Position numbers and translations under genes: made by a program | The notes under the pieces: model-generated | Seen by the model: only the letters and a program-made list of their open reading frames with translations | What the model was told of the DNA's origin: nothing | Databases searched by the model: none | Part shown: piece by piece, positions 1 through 9,631 of the stretch | Layout of the letters: each line of letters begins with the position of its first letter | How positions within the stretch are numbered: position 1 is the stretch's first letter | Source of the DNA: an uncultured Desulfosarcina sp. | Lineage (GTDB): Bacteria; Desulfobacterota; Desulfobacteria; Desulfobacterales; Desulfosarcinaceae | NCBI GenBank assembly: GCA_963674945.2 | Contig: CAXXWQ010000004.1 | Location: 96,001-160,000 of the forward strand | DNA: 64,000 bases | Direction of reading: 5' to 3'

Positions 1-708
1 AACAGTTGGAGACATCTCCACGCCTTTTTGAGCGATCAGTAAACGACACTGGCGCAGAATATAATGTTGAATGCCCAGATGCGCCTGCGCCTGGTTACGG
101 TTTTGAACTGCGTTAAAGACACCCACAAGGTCGGCAAACAGCGACGCCTTTTCACCGGCGTTCAGAGGATGGCCGAAAATCGACTCCTCCCGGTGGGCTG
201 CAATTTGCCGGTGAATTGCAATCATCAGCGGATTGCCGGTGCTTTGCGCCAATTGTCTGTGAAAATTGACATCTTCGACCATGAGCTGATCGTATTGATT
301 GTCGATGCTGGCACGGCTCAGTTGCGTCAGGCAGCCCTCCAGGCGATCGACATCCTCACCGGTGGCGGTACGTGCCGCCTGGGCTGCGATCACCGGTTCC
401 ACCAGGTAACGTGTTTCCATTACCTCCGCCAGCGAAGGCCGGCTTTTTCCTTCCGAAATCAAAGACGGCAAAAAGGAAGGCGTCTCTTTGCTCAAAATGT
501 AGTTGCCGCTTCCCGGGCGGATATCCACCACACCGTGGGCCTGCAAAAGACGCATGGCGCCCCGCAATGTATTACGGCTGGCATCTAACATTCCGGCCAG
601 TTCCCTTTCCGACGGCAATCGTGCACCCACCTTCCGGGCATCGTCCTGAATCAGTTGCATCAGTTTGCGGGAGACTTCCTGTTCCTTATTTGCAGTGTGT
701 TGTTTCAC
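1..708 (-). CDS. GntR/FadR-family transcriptional regulator (3' end runs off the window)
   Basis: Not in the ORF track. Manual translation from GTG at 708 (SD AAGGGG) gives MKQHTANKEQEVSRKLMQLIQDDARKVGARLPSERELAGMLDASRNTLRGAMRLLQAHGVVDIRPGSGNYI, a classic GntR winged HTH. Confidence 0.9.
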   Translation of the reverse strand, partial: MKQHTANKEQEVSRKLMQLIQDDARKVGARLPSERELAGMLDASRNTLRGAMRLLQAHGVVDIRPGSGNYILSKETPSFLPSLISEGKSRPSLAEVMETRYLVEPVIAAQAARTATGEDVDRLEGCLTQLSRASIDNQYDQLMVEDVNFHRQLAQSTGNPLMIAIHRQIAAHREESIFGHPLNAGEKASLFADLVGVFNAVQNRNQAQAHLGIQHYILRQCRLLIAQKGVEMSPTV

Positions 709-723
709 GGGCCACCCCTTTTA

Positions 724-736
724 TTGGTATTACCAA
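724..736. promoter_or_regulatory. FadR/GntR-type operator TTGGTATTACCAA
   Basis: Palindrome of the TGGT-N3-ACCA type, 15 bp upstream of the GntR start. Confidence 0.75.
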
Positions 737-806
737 ATTTTTATATTTAATCAATATTTTTCTAATAAATTTATTTTTAGTAACCATTAACATATAAAAG
801 GCTATT

Positions 807-819
807 TTGGTAGTACCAA
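807..819. promoter_or_regulatory. FadR/GntR-type operator TTGGTAGTACCAA
   Basis: Second copy of the same palindrome, differing only at the central base, in the AT-rich promoter region. Confidence 0.75.
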
Positions 820-1003
820 TTTATCGACAAAAAAACCCCTCGCCTTCTCCTGCTTCACGCAGAAAAGTCCGTCGATTGGGTAAAATTGCGTTACCTGCCG
901 CGGAATCGTATCAAAAAATACAAATCGACAAGGGGATTAACCGCAGACGATGATACAGGAAGCCATGGGGACACATTTCAGAAAACCGCCGCAATGGGGA
1001 ACG

Positions 1004-2320
1004 TCAACGCTTCTTTCGGGCGGTACGCCAATTTTTGAGTGCTTTGAGAAACGGTGTGTCGTAAACGGCATAGTCGTTTAGATGGGCGGATGAAAAATGG
1101 TTGCTGCGTTCCGAACAAAGGATGAGAACACTGCGCATCACGCGACGCTCATAAAAGGGCTTGGCAAAATAAGACCGGATACCGTGGGGAATGAACAGGG
1201 CCCAATCGATGGCCTTGATGCTGGCAAAGGTGTTTTCAACAATCAGATGATCCAACTGGAACCGGCTGATATTTTCGGCAATGGTTCCCTCATAAGCAAA
1301 GACCTCGCCCTGGGGAAGGGCCTGGAACGGCCGGCCGGCATAGTAAACCACGACCCGGTTTTTTTTGGCGTAGATATCCGAATACATGATGGCATCAAAG
1401 TGCTGGTCACCGAACTGGTGTTCCAGCAGTACCTGGAGGGCCTTGGTGATGCTCTTGACGGGCTTGATTTTGCTGGTCAGCATGCGGCTGTGCTGGTGTC
1501 TGGCATCCTGCACCGGTCCGCTATCCGGATAACCGCCGTCGACACCCATTGCGGCCGATGCATCCACCCGGATATTGTGGATCGACGCCCGGTACAGTCT
1601 GCGCCCTTTCAAGAGCAACAATCGCATGGTGACGTCTCCTGCAAAGATCGAGTGATCCTTGCGTTTGAACACCAGGCGGCCTTCCCATTTTTTATCGAAA
1701 ATCAGATCCTCGTAAACACGCTGGAGAAGCGGATCCACACTGGGGTGCAACAGCTCCGATACGTTAATCCCGTTCAACTCGTTGGATCGATATTGAAAGG
1801 TGTCCCGAACGGCCGCATTATGAGCCGCAATGGTCCTGTCCCCCGGGTCGATGAGCATTGCCGGGGTCTCCGTCAATTCAACCATCGCCTCCATCTCCGC
1901 ATCGCTTTCGGCGATGGATTGTACGATATTTGCGGTAAGAGAGACATCAAGCATGTAACCGATATAAAGGTGGGGCGTTTTCGGATTCGGAACGCCGGTC
2001 ACCTTGATCCATCGGACCGGAGCGTCCCCTGTTTTCAGTCTGAACAGTGTCGCCGCCGTTTCTCCCCTGCGAACGGTCTGCATGAACTCCTCGAGCAGAT
2101 AGATATCATCTTCAAACACCGTCTTTTTCCGGAATTCACTGTTTTGCAACAAGAGACCGGAGTTGGCGCCAAGCCCTTCGATGCGATAGGCATTGAGGTA
2201 TTCTATTTTGTTCTTAATCAGATCGATGCGCCACAACAATGCGGGGAATGCATTGATGAAGTCGAGTAACTCTTCGGTGCCAAGCCGTCCGATGGGAACG
2301 GTTTCCGGTTTATTCGCCAT
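1004..2320 (-). CDS. PAS-domain sensor protein with a C-terminal GAF-like region and no recognisable output domain
   Basis: 438 aa. PAS-like segments (FRLKTGDAPVRWIKV; HNAAVRDTFQY...WEGRLVFKRKDHS) and a GAF-like end (LFIPHGIRSYFAKPF...LILCSERSNHFS). Confidence 0.7.
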   Translation of the reverse strand: MANKPETVPIGRLGTEELLDFINAFPALLWRIDLIKNKIEYLNAYRIEGLGANSGLLLQNSEFRKKTVFEDDIYLLEEFMQTVRRGETAATLFRLKTGDAPVRWIKVTGVPNPKTPHLYIGYMLDVSLTANIVQSIAESDAEMEAMVELTETPAMLIDPGDRTIAAHNAAVRDTFQYRSNELNGINVSELLHPSVDPLLQRVYEDLIFDKKWEGRLVFKRKDHSIFAGDVTMRLLLLKGRRLYRASIHNIRVDASAAMGVDGGYPDSGPVQDARHQHSRMLTSKIKPVKSITKALQVLLEHQFGDQHFDAIMYSDIYAKKNRVVVYYAGRPFQALPQGEVFAYEGTIAENISRFQLDHLIVENTFASIKAIDWALFIPHGIRSYFAKPFYERRVMRSVLILCSERSNHFSSAHLNDYAVYDTPFLKALKNWRTARKKR

Positions 2321-2862
2321 GAAAATGTCTCATATCATTCTACCCTGTGAAAATGTTCCTGTCTCAATGAATCAAAAAAGGCCGTCATTGGGTAGATCGT
2401 TCAACAATTGTTTTCGTTGGCCTTGACCCGCCGAGGATCCGCCTTCCTGGCATGCCATTTTCTATAGCTGATATGCGAAGGTGGATAGAATGTCAACGTC
2501 TCTCAATGTTTCCATGAAATGACCGATGCCTATCGATCGTGGTAGGACTCGTATTTCCTGTTACAAACTTGCAATTATCGGACAACATTGACCTGGAGAA
2601 GGAAATTTTTTATATTACACAGAATCTGAAAACCTGATTGTTGTCTCATACCCGCAATCGATGAACCGTTGAAAAATCGGAACCGCCATGATTGAAAAAA
2701 TCGGTAAGCGCCGCAGTTTCGATACCAACGGAAAAAACGGAGTTCTTTCCGGAAACACCGCATTCGTAACAATGGCCTCTATTATCGTACTTACTACCAA
2801 TACTCTTTCAGCTGCAGTGGCTCCCAAATCTGTTTATGGCATCTAATCTTCAGGAGATGATT

Positions 2863-3627
2863 ATGGACAAAAAAATCGGTATTATTGGTGGATCGGGCAT
2901 GGATGACCCGGAGTTGATGAAAAATATCCGGGAAAAAAAAGTGACAACACCTTACGGCGAACCGTCTTCCAGCCTGGTGACCGGAAACATTACGGATGTG
3001 GATGTCGTATTGCTGGCAAGGCATGGCAAAAATCACACGATCTATCCGACAGGTGTCAACAACCGGGCCAATCTCTATGCCCTGAAGGAGGAAGGTTGCA
3101 CCCATATACTGGCCACCACGGCTGTTGGGTCCTTGAGGGAAGAGATCCGGCCGGAGGATTTTGTTTTTACCGATCAATTCATCGATTTCACCAAGCACCG
3201 GGATCTCACCTTTCACGCGGACAAAGTGGTTCATACCGCCATGGCCGAGCCGTTTTGCCGTCAACTGCGCGCCATACTGGTGGATACGGCCAGAGCGCTT
3301 GACCTGCGCCATCACGAAAAGGGGACGGTGGTCACCATCGAGGGACCCCGATTTTCAACCAAGGCTGAATCCCACATGTTTCGTCTGTTGGGTGCAGATG
3401 TCATCAATATGTCCACTGCTCCCGAAGCCATCCTTGCCCGTGAACTGGGCATCTGTTATCAAGCCATTGCCATGTCGACGGACTACGATTGCTGGCGTGA
3501 AGGGGAAGAACCGGTTACCTGGGATATGATCGTGTCGGTCATGAAAAAAAATGTGGATAACGTCATCAGACTGATCTTGCACGCCATTCCCAAAATCAAC
3601 CACAACGAATGCGAATGTAGAGGATAG
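2863..3627 (+). CDS. mtnP: S-methyl-5'-thioadenosine phosphorylase
   Basis: KIGIIGGSG, TPYGEPS, LARHGKNHTIYP, IEGPRFSTKAES, MSTDYDCW; GGAG SD before ATG 2863. Confidence 0.93.
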   Translation: MDKKIGIIGGSGMDDPELMKNIREKKVTTPYGEPSSSLVTGNITDVDVVLLARHGKNHTIYPTGVNNRANLYALKEEGCTHILATTAVGSLREEIRPEDFVFTDQFIDFTKHRDLTFHADKVVHTAMAEPFCRQLRAILVDTARALDLRHHEKGTVVTIEGPRFSTKAESHMFRLLGADVINMSTAPEAILARELGICYQAIAMSTDYDCWREGEEPVTWDMIVSVMKKNVDNVIRLILHAIPKINHNECECRG

Positions 3628-3637
3628 GAGATCGATT

Positions 3638-4168
3638 ATGATTAAAGAGCTCATCAGAACCGTTCCCGATTACCCCAAAAAAAATGTCATGTTCAGGGAT
3701 ATCACCACGTTGATCAAAGATCCTGTCGGCTTCCGGCTCGTCATCGATGAATTTACACGGCGGTACATCAAAGGCGATATTCAATTTGATATCATCGTTG
3801 GGATCGAATCCCGTGGCTTTATTATCGGCGGTGCTCTTTCCTATGCCCTCGGCAAAGGATTCATTCCCATTCGAAAGAAAGGAAAGCTGCCGGCCAAGAC
3901 CGTTCAGCAGGAATATGAACTGGAATATGGCACTGACATCATCGAAATGCATGAAGACTCATTGACATCAGGAAGCCGGGTATTGCTCATCGACGACCTG
4001 CTCGCCACCGGTGGAACCGCCATCGCCTCGGCCAAGCTCATCGAAGGTCTTGGAGCAAAAATTGAAGAGATGGCATTCATCGTAAACCTGCCGGATATCG
4101 GCGGACAAGCGAAGCTTGAAGAAATGGGGTATCATGTTTTTGCACTGACGGAATTTGAAGGCGAATAG
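3638..4168 (+). CDS. apt: Adenine phosphoribosyltransferase
   Basis: PDYPKKNVMFRDITT, GIESRGF, RKKGKLP, YELEYG, LIDDLLATGGT (PRPP loop). Confidence 0.96.
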   Translation: MIKELIRTVPDYPKKNVMFRDITTLIKDPVGFRLVIDEFTRRYIKGDIQFDIIVGIESRGFIIGGALSYALGKGFIPIRKKGKLPAKTVQQEYELEYGTDIIEMHEDSLTSGSRVLLIDDLLATGGTAIASAKLIEGLGAKIEEMAFIVNLPDIGGQAKLEEMGYHVFALTEFEGE

Positions 4169-4194
4169 ATCGCATAAACACGGATGCAGAAGCG

Positions 4195-4239
4195 AAACGC
4201 CGGATCACTTCCATACGTCTGGAAGTTGATCCGGCGTTT
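4195..4239. terminator. Long stem-loop between convergent apt and RDD genes
   Basis: AAACGCCGGATCA-CTTCCA...TGGAAG-T-TGATCCGGCGTTT inverted repeat. Confidence 0.65.
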
Positions 4240-4257
4240 GCGTCATCAACGGAAAGA

Positions 4258-4905
4258 TTATCTGTTCACAACAATGCATTTCGCCGCCTGATCGTGGAGA
4301 CATTGGTTTTTTTCTGTAAATAACGCCATGATGTATCCAATACCGAAAAACATGCTCGAAAAAATTCTGGCAAAACCATGTCCTATCGCCCTTCCGACGC
4401 CAATTCGATTGCCATCCAGATCCGTCACTTTTATCTTCATCAGTATTTTTCCGATGGACCCTTGTGCGGGTGAACCTTCCATCGCCGAATAATAAATCCA
4501 CAACGTAAAAATAAACATTCCCCTCACGGCATCCTGCAGTCCAGGATCTCCACGATTTGCAGCGGCGAATATCAGTGTGACGATAAATACGAGGGTCATA
4601 TCGATGACAAAACCAACGAATCGTTTCCCCAAGGAGGCGTAATTTATCGCAGAAGGCGAATAACCTTGTACATTGTTTATATTATTCACGTCAGGTTCTC
4701 CACAGTGTGGACAACTTATCGCATTCTTAGAAATTTCCTTTTTGCACGCCCTGCATGTTGTCAGCAGATCGATATTATCGGAGACGTTCCTTTCTTCTGT
4801 TTTCTTGTATTTACTGAAAACGATTCCGCAATGTTGACAGTCTACACTGTCGATAGGATTCTCTTTTCCGCATTTGGGACATTCAGGCATGTTTTGGCCA
4901 TTCAT
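4258..4905 (-). CDS. RDD-family membrane protein with N-terminal double zinc ribbons
   Basis: Four CxxC pairs, then YASLGKRFVGFVID...SIGKILMKIKV...QCLHDQAAKCIV; AAGGAG SD before ATG 4905. Confidence 0.85.
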   Translation of the reverse strand: MNGQNMPECPKCGKENPIDSVDCQHCGIVFSKYKKTEERNVSDNIDLLTTCRACKKEISKNAISCPHCGEPDVNNINNVQGYSPSAINYASLGKRFVGFVIDMTLVFIVTLIFAAANRGDPGLQDAVRGMFIFTLWIYYSAMEGSPAQGSIGKILMKIKVTDLDGNRIGVGRAIGHGFARIFSSMFFGIGYIMALFTEKNQCLHDQAAKCIVVNR

Positions 4906-5155
4906 ATTTTTCTCCTTGTACGAAGCACTTAAAAAAACCGACACCGAAACAGATCAAATCGGAAACGAAACAATTTTTAATTTCTGTCAAAATGATGGAA
5001 CTAGAGAACACTACTGTTATTCTCGGAAGATAAACAAAAAAATAAAGTACTTTTACGAATAAAACGAAGATTCGTTGAATTCGGTGAAAAAAATATTCCC
5101 GGGACGCAACAAGGTTCCAAATTCCGAATGTATCGCTCGACAGGTAAGATGTTCC

Positions 5156-6340
5156 TTAGCCGCCTTTTTTTTCGGAATGCAACCTACTTGATTTCTTACC
5201 AAAAACAAGCCAGAGAAGCAGAATCGCCATACCACTGCCCATTCCCAGCACACTGATAATACGGATTTTGTCCGGCCAATCCAGGGAGATGAACCACATG
5301 GCAAAGGCGCCAAGCATGAAATAGATAAAGATCATCAGAGAAGAGGCGGACCCGGCATGCCGGTCCACCTGTTCCAGGACCAGGTTGTTGCTGGGCGGAC
5401 GACTGAGTCCGAATGCGAAGGAGATCACCGCCATAGGCAGGGCAATGGCCCAGGGGCCGGGAAGACAGCGGGAGAACATGAGGATGCTGCCGGCCGGGAC
5501 AATGATGAAGCAAATGGTAAGCAGCACATCGGAGCGTATCCGGCGCAGCAACCGGGTGCAGGCAAACGATCCGGCCATGATGGAAAGGGCGTTAAAGGCA
5601 AAAAAGTACCCAAACGTCTGCTCCGAGAGTCCGAACCCGGTAATGTAGATATCCGCCGAACCGGCGATAAAGGAAAAGTGGGGCAGCACGACCAGGGACA
5701 TCATCAGGGCGAAGCCCAGGTAACGACGGTTTCTTAAAAGTTGCATGTAGATACCTGCCGTTTGCAGGATGCCGGTGTTGGTAAACATTTCCAAAGGCTC
5801 ACCCATTCGATAGACGCCGATCCAGCTCACGGCGCCCAAAGCTGCCTGGACCACGAATATCCAGCGCCATGAAAACCACACCAGCAGCCAGCTTCCGAAA
5901 ACCGGGGAAAGCATGGGCGCCAGGGCCATGATGACCCCGATATAGGCCAGAATCCGCTCCCGTTCGCCGCCTTCGTACACATCCTTGCTGATGGCCAGGG
6001 CCAGGGACGAACCCGAAGCCGCCCCGGCAGCCTGGAGCACCCGGAAGACGATCAGGGTACCTACCTGGTTGGAAAAAGCGCACAACAAACTTCCCGCAAT
6101 AAAAAGCCCGATGCCGGCCAGCAGCGGCGGTCGGCGGCCGAAGCGGTCTGAAACAGGTCCGTAAAACAGAAGGGAGACACAATAGACCACAAAAAAGGCG
6201 ACCAGGGTCAGATTGATCACGGCCAGGGGCTGTTGCCAGGTTTTCTGAAGCAGGGGTATGGCCGGCAGATACATGTCCGTTGACAGTGGTGGAAAGGCGG
6301 ACAGCAGCGCCAGCAGCAGGAAAGGACGTTTTTGTTTCAA
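5156..6340 (-). CDS. Bcr/CflA-family multidrug efflux MFS transporter
   Basis: LSTDMYLPAIP, GPVSDRFGRRP, FRVLQAAG; about 12 hydrophobic segments. Confidence 0.9.
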   Translation of the reverse strand: MKQKRPFLLLALLSAFPPLSTDMYLPAIPLLQKTWQQPLAVINLTLVAFFVVYCVSLLFYGPVSDRFGRRPPLLAGIGLFIAGSLLCAFSNQVGTLIVFRVLQAAGAASGSSLALAISKDVYEGGERERILAYIGVIMALAPMLSPVFGSWLLVWFSWRWIFVVQAALGAVSWIGVYRMGEPLEMFTNTGILQTAGIYMQLLRNRRYLGFALMMSLVVLPHFSFIAGSADIYITGFGLSEQTFGYFFAFNALSIMAGSFACTRLLRRIRSDVLLTICFIIVPAGSILMFSRCLPGPWAIALPMAVISFAFGLSRPPSNNLVLEQVDRHAGSASSLMIFIYFMLGAFAMWFISLDWPDKIRIISVLGMGSGMAILLLWLVFGKKSSRLHSEKKGG

Positions 6341-6786
6341 ATCGGCACTCCCAAATTACCAACCAATGTGCGTGTTGCATATCGTTTAGCCGTTTCGATC
6401 CCTTGTGCGACCGGCAGAATGCACGCAGCAGATCGGCTTTGGTGCGCCGCAGGGTATCGTGGGCGGATAATTAGTCGGCACCAGGACGGTTGTCAATATC
6501 GTTTGTTTCGCCGAAATTTTGCACAGACAGCTAACGCCAGGAAAGAAGAATGTGAAGCTACGCCCCAACCAACCGTACAAGGAGAAAAGACTCGGCATTA
6601 ATTTTATGATGTTTGCTTTTACTGCAGGCGTTTTGCACCGGCAATGCAGCGGACAGCTCTGTCATTAATGCTGACAGAACTTGCCAGCGCATGTCAGAGT
6701 GTCTACAAAGGACATATTGCCTCTGATAAAACCTCATGAATATTCGAGTTTTTTACTCATTATTTCCCCTTTAGTAGATAGTTCGC

Positions 6787-7716
6787 CTATACCGAGTCAG
6801 CAAGACTGGTGGAGAATTTAAGAATTTTTCCCATGTGGAGGACCTCAAATTCCATGACACCGGCAATTAACGGTAGCTTGTTGGATAAAAAATCATATAA
6901 ATCGCCATTATCTTGAAACATCGTCCTGAAGTAGATATGCCAATGCCCCGTAATCAGACTCACATACATCGCCATATTTTGTTCTAATAACTCATTGGCC
7001 GCGGCGTGGATTGCGTCTGGCCTGGACTTTATCAATACGGCCACCCCAGTTTTATATCCCAGTTCAGTTTGATCAATGGAAGTAAAAAGCTTGATGACCC
7101 CGTCGTCCAACAATTTTTCTAAATTTGCTTTTGCCGTTGCATTGCTGCAGCCAACGGTTTGAGCCAGTTTCGTTATGGGTTGTCTGGGGTCACGCTGCAT
7201 TGCCTTGATGATTGATGAATCGAGCTTGCTGGGAACATATCTTGTATTTTCGCTGGTAGCTATCGGTTTGGGTGTTGAGTACTTCTGGGACTTTGCTACC
7301 CACTGATAGCAGTGCATGATTTCGACATCCGTAATGTCGGGAATATTCGCCAAGCCATCCGAGATGAAGTTTCCCAGGGCTAAAGAATTCTTAAGGTATG
7401 CCCATGCAAGAATGTTAAATCGACCTGCGGACAGAAAAACAGACTTGATTTCCTGCAAATATGTCAATTGTTTCGCGACAACTTCAGCCTCTCCCGGGGT
7501 AACCTTGATTCCCATCAAAAGCGGGAAATGATTGCCCCGATGGCCCTCGTCACTCACACAGTATATCTTCAGAATGCCGTTGTCGATGAGGCGCTTCATG
7601 CGGTAACGGGTTGCCGATCTTGTCATTCCGAGTCTTCGGGCAAGCGCTCGAACCGGTTGCCGGGCATCCTTATTGAGTTCCTCAATAAGTCTCAGATCCG
7701 TCTCATTGAGTGACAT
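6787..7716 (-). CDS. Tandem (double) Lrp/AsnC-family transcriptional regulator
   Basis: Two HTH+RAM repeats: LNETDLRLIEELNKDARQPVRALA... and SKLDSSIIKAMQRDPRQPITKLAQ... Confidence 0.88.
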   Translation of the reverse strand: MSLNETDLRLIEELNKDARQPVRALARRLGMTRSATRYRMKRLIDNGILKIYCVSDEGHRGNHFPLLMGIKVTPGEAEVVAKQLTYLQEIKSVFLSAGRFNILAWAYLKNSLALGNFISDGLANIPDITDVEIMHCYQWVAKSQKYSTPKPIATSENTRYVPSKLDSSIIKAMQRDPRQPITKLAQTVGCSNATAKANLEKLLDDGVIKLFTSIDQTELGYKTGVAVLIKSRPDAIHAAANELLEQNMAMYVSLITGHWHIYFRTMFQDNGDLYDFLSNKLPLIAGVMEFEVLHMGKILKFSTSLADSV

Positions 7717-7843
7717 CGATTATTCCTCCTGTTCATTTTATGAGAAATGGATTCAAAAAAACCTCGGTAAACCCAAACCAACGGCAAAAAAAGATAGGCA
7801 ATCGGCAATGCAGCCTTACGATTTCTTAGGGTACTGACTTTGC

Positions 7844-9112
7844 CTAAAAACGAATATTGAAACCAATGGCAAATGTCTGACTATTTGATTTAATTTTTTG
7901 GGTGGATCCATTCTTGCTGTCATAGTTTACGACTTCATCATCCCCGCTGTAAACATAGGCGAATGTCGCATCGAGTGTCGGCTTGAAATAATATGTGGCA
8001 CCCATTCCGTATGAGAATGCATCAAGTTTATTGCTTACGTCATACTGCAATTCATCCGGAAGTCCTTTTTTTGAATACAGATATCCAATGCTTGCCAGCA
8101 ATTTATCCGGCAGCACCGCATACTCGACGCTAACGCCGGCCTCCCAGCCATTCTCAATATTCGGCCCCCTCTCATCCGACCAGTCTGTTCCCTCATTATA
8201 GTAAAAGATGAAACTACTCTCCACTCTCCACCGCGGCGTGATATGATAAGAGACCCCGAGTGCGATATCTTGTGGAATTGTGCTGTCCGATTCCGTTCCA
8301 TCCACTTCCGTAAAAGTACCATACAGATCCTTGCCATCGTTAATTTCTTGCAGTAATTCCATCTTTGTATAATACGAATATCGAATACCGATATTCAGCG
8401 CTTCCGTTGGTGCGATGTTCGCACCGACAATGAACCCATAACTGTTGCCGGATAGACTCATATCCAACTCTTCGGTAGGCTGCTCCACTCCATTGAGAAA
8501 TGGCGTTACGGTGGCAGTATTGCTGCCAAAAGTGTAGATATACCGCAATTGACCTGCAACGGATAGCACGTCGTTTATGGCATAGGCCGCACCGATGGAA
8601 AAGCCGGCACCGGCAAAAGAGCCGCCGAATTCGGATTTTGCACTTGCGCCTTCTTGTCCCCCCAACCCATCCACAACGCCAATGTAATCGGAAAAGGGGA
8701 GTCCATCTTCATGTGTTCCGGCACCGCCACCGGTCATTATATCAAAACCGAACATATAGGCGATGCCATCTTTCTTATGAGCAACATGCAAATTCGGAAA
8801 TACAGATGATAATACGTATGATGTATATTCATCGCGGGGAAGCACGGGCGAGTCATCGTTGAACCAAGATTTTTTGTAACTAGACTGATTGCTGAACCCG
8901 ATATGTGTACCATCTTCCAGCTTCACCGCCCCCGCAGGATTGAAAAAGACAGCATCGACACCGGTCGAGGCATATCTGTTCAATGTCCTGATCCATTCAG
9001 GGCTTTGGTTCGGATTTGAAACGATGCCACCGGGCCCCGAAGCAAAAAGTTCTGCTGCAATAAATACGATCGTGGCCACAATGGCTGGTGGTAACAAGAA
9101 CCTGATTTTCAT
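7844..9112 (-). CDS. FadL/OmpP1/TodX-family outer-membrane channel for hydrophobic compounds
   Basis: Signal peptide MKIRFLLPPAIVATIVFIAAELFA, the AVFFNPAGA hatch motif, amphipathic beta strands and C-terminal Phe (GFNIRF). Confidence 0.8.
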   Translation of the reverse strand: MKIRFLLPPAIVATIVFIAAELFASGPGGIVSNPNQSPEWIRTLNRYASTGVDAVFFNPAGAVKLEDGTHIGFSNQSSYKKSWFNDDSPVLPRDEYTSYVLSSVFPNLHVAHKKDGIAYMFGFDIMTGGGAGTHEDGLPFSDYIGVVDGLGGQEGASAKSEFGGSFAGAGFSIGAAYAINDVLSVAGQLRYIYTFGSNTATVTPFLNGVEQPTEELDMSLSGNSYGFIVGANIAPTEALNIGIRYSYYTKMELLQEINDGKDLYGTFTEVDGTESDSTIPQDIALGVSYHITPRWRVESSFIFYYNEGTDWSDERGPNIENGWEAGVSVEYAVLPDKLLASIGYLYSKKGLPDELQYDVSNKLDAFSYGMGATYYFKPTLDATFAYVYSGDDEVVNYDSKNGSTQKIKSNSQTFAIGFNIRF

Positions 9113-9631
9113 ATGATCTTTCCTTTGAATGAACTTCATTGCCGATTTTCCCGGTCTCGAAAGGCTACAGTCCCTTCCTGCCTGTGCCCTGCCCATGGTG
9201 AATAAATGGGCTTGTACGAAGTAACCCCGAAAATTACGCATCGCTCCAAGCGAGCCTTCTTCCAAAACGTCATATAGGTTGTGTTATACCAATTTGTCAA
9301 CCTATATGAATACATAATCACCCCATTTTTATATTATATCGGCTGCTAACTGACAAACATTGAGACAATTATCATAAAAATGTCGAGCATGGAAGCCGAT
9401 AAATCCCGCACCCCCAGAGTGGATCCCATTGTGACGTGATTTGGATGGCAAAAACGGCTGACGCCGGACAATGTGTTCATCGACCGCAATGCACCGGGAC
9501 GCATAGAATGTAAGGAAGCGCTTCGAGGAAGAATGACGGAATTTCGTAGAGAGAAATTGCCAACGTAAACCGGATGTTGTGCTCATGGATATTCAAACGA
9601 AGGATACTGGCAGCAGATCGAACAGTATATT

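Noticed and set aside
64..797. Plus-strand ORFs 64-588 and 372-797
   Set aside because: Antisense shadows of the minus-strand GntR gene.
1097..2269. 390-aa plus-strand ORF, and similar long antisense ORFs such as 34777-36327, 31474-32421 and 58774-59820
   Set aside because: They lie opposite well-supported genes and carry no motifs; expected in GC-rich coding DNA.
4908..6588. 15-bp inverted match CGTACAAGGAGAAAA flanking the Bcr/CflA gene
   Set aside because: Several 15-mer matches are expected by chance in 64 kb; it contains an SD motif, and there is no target duplication or transposase.
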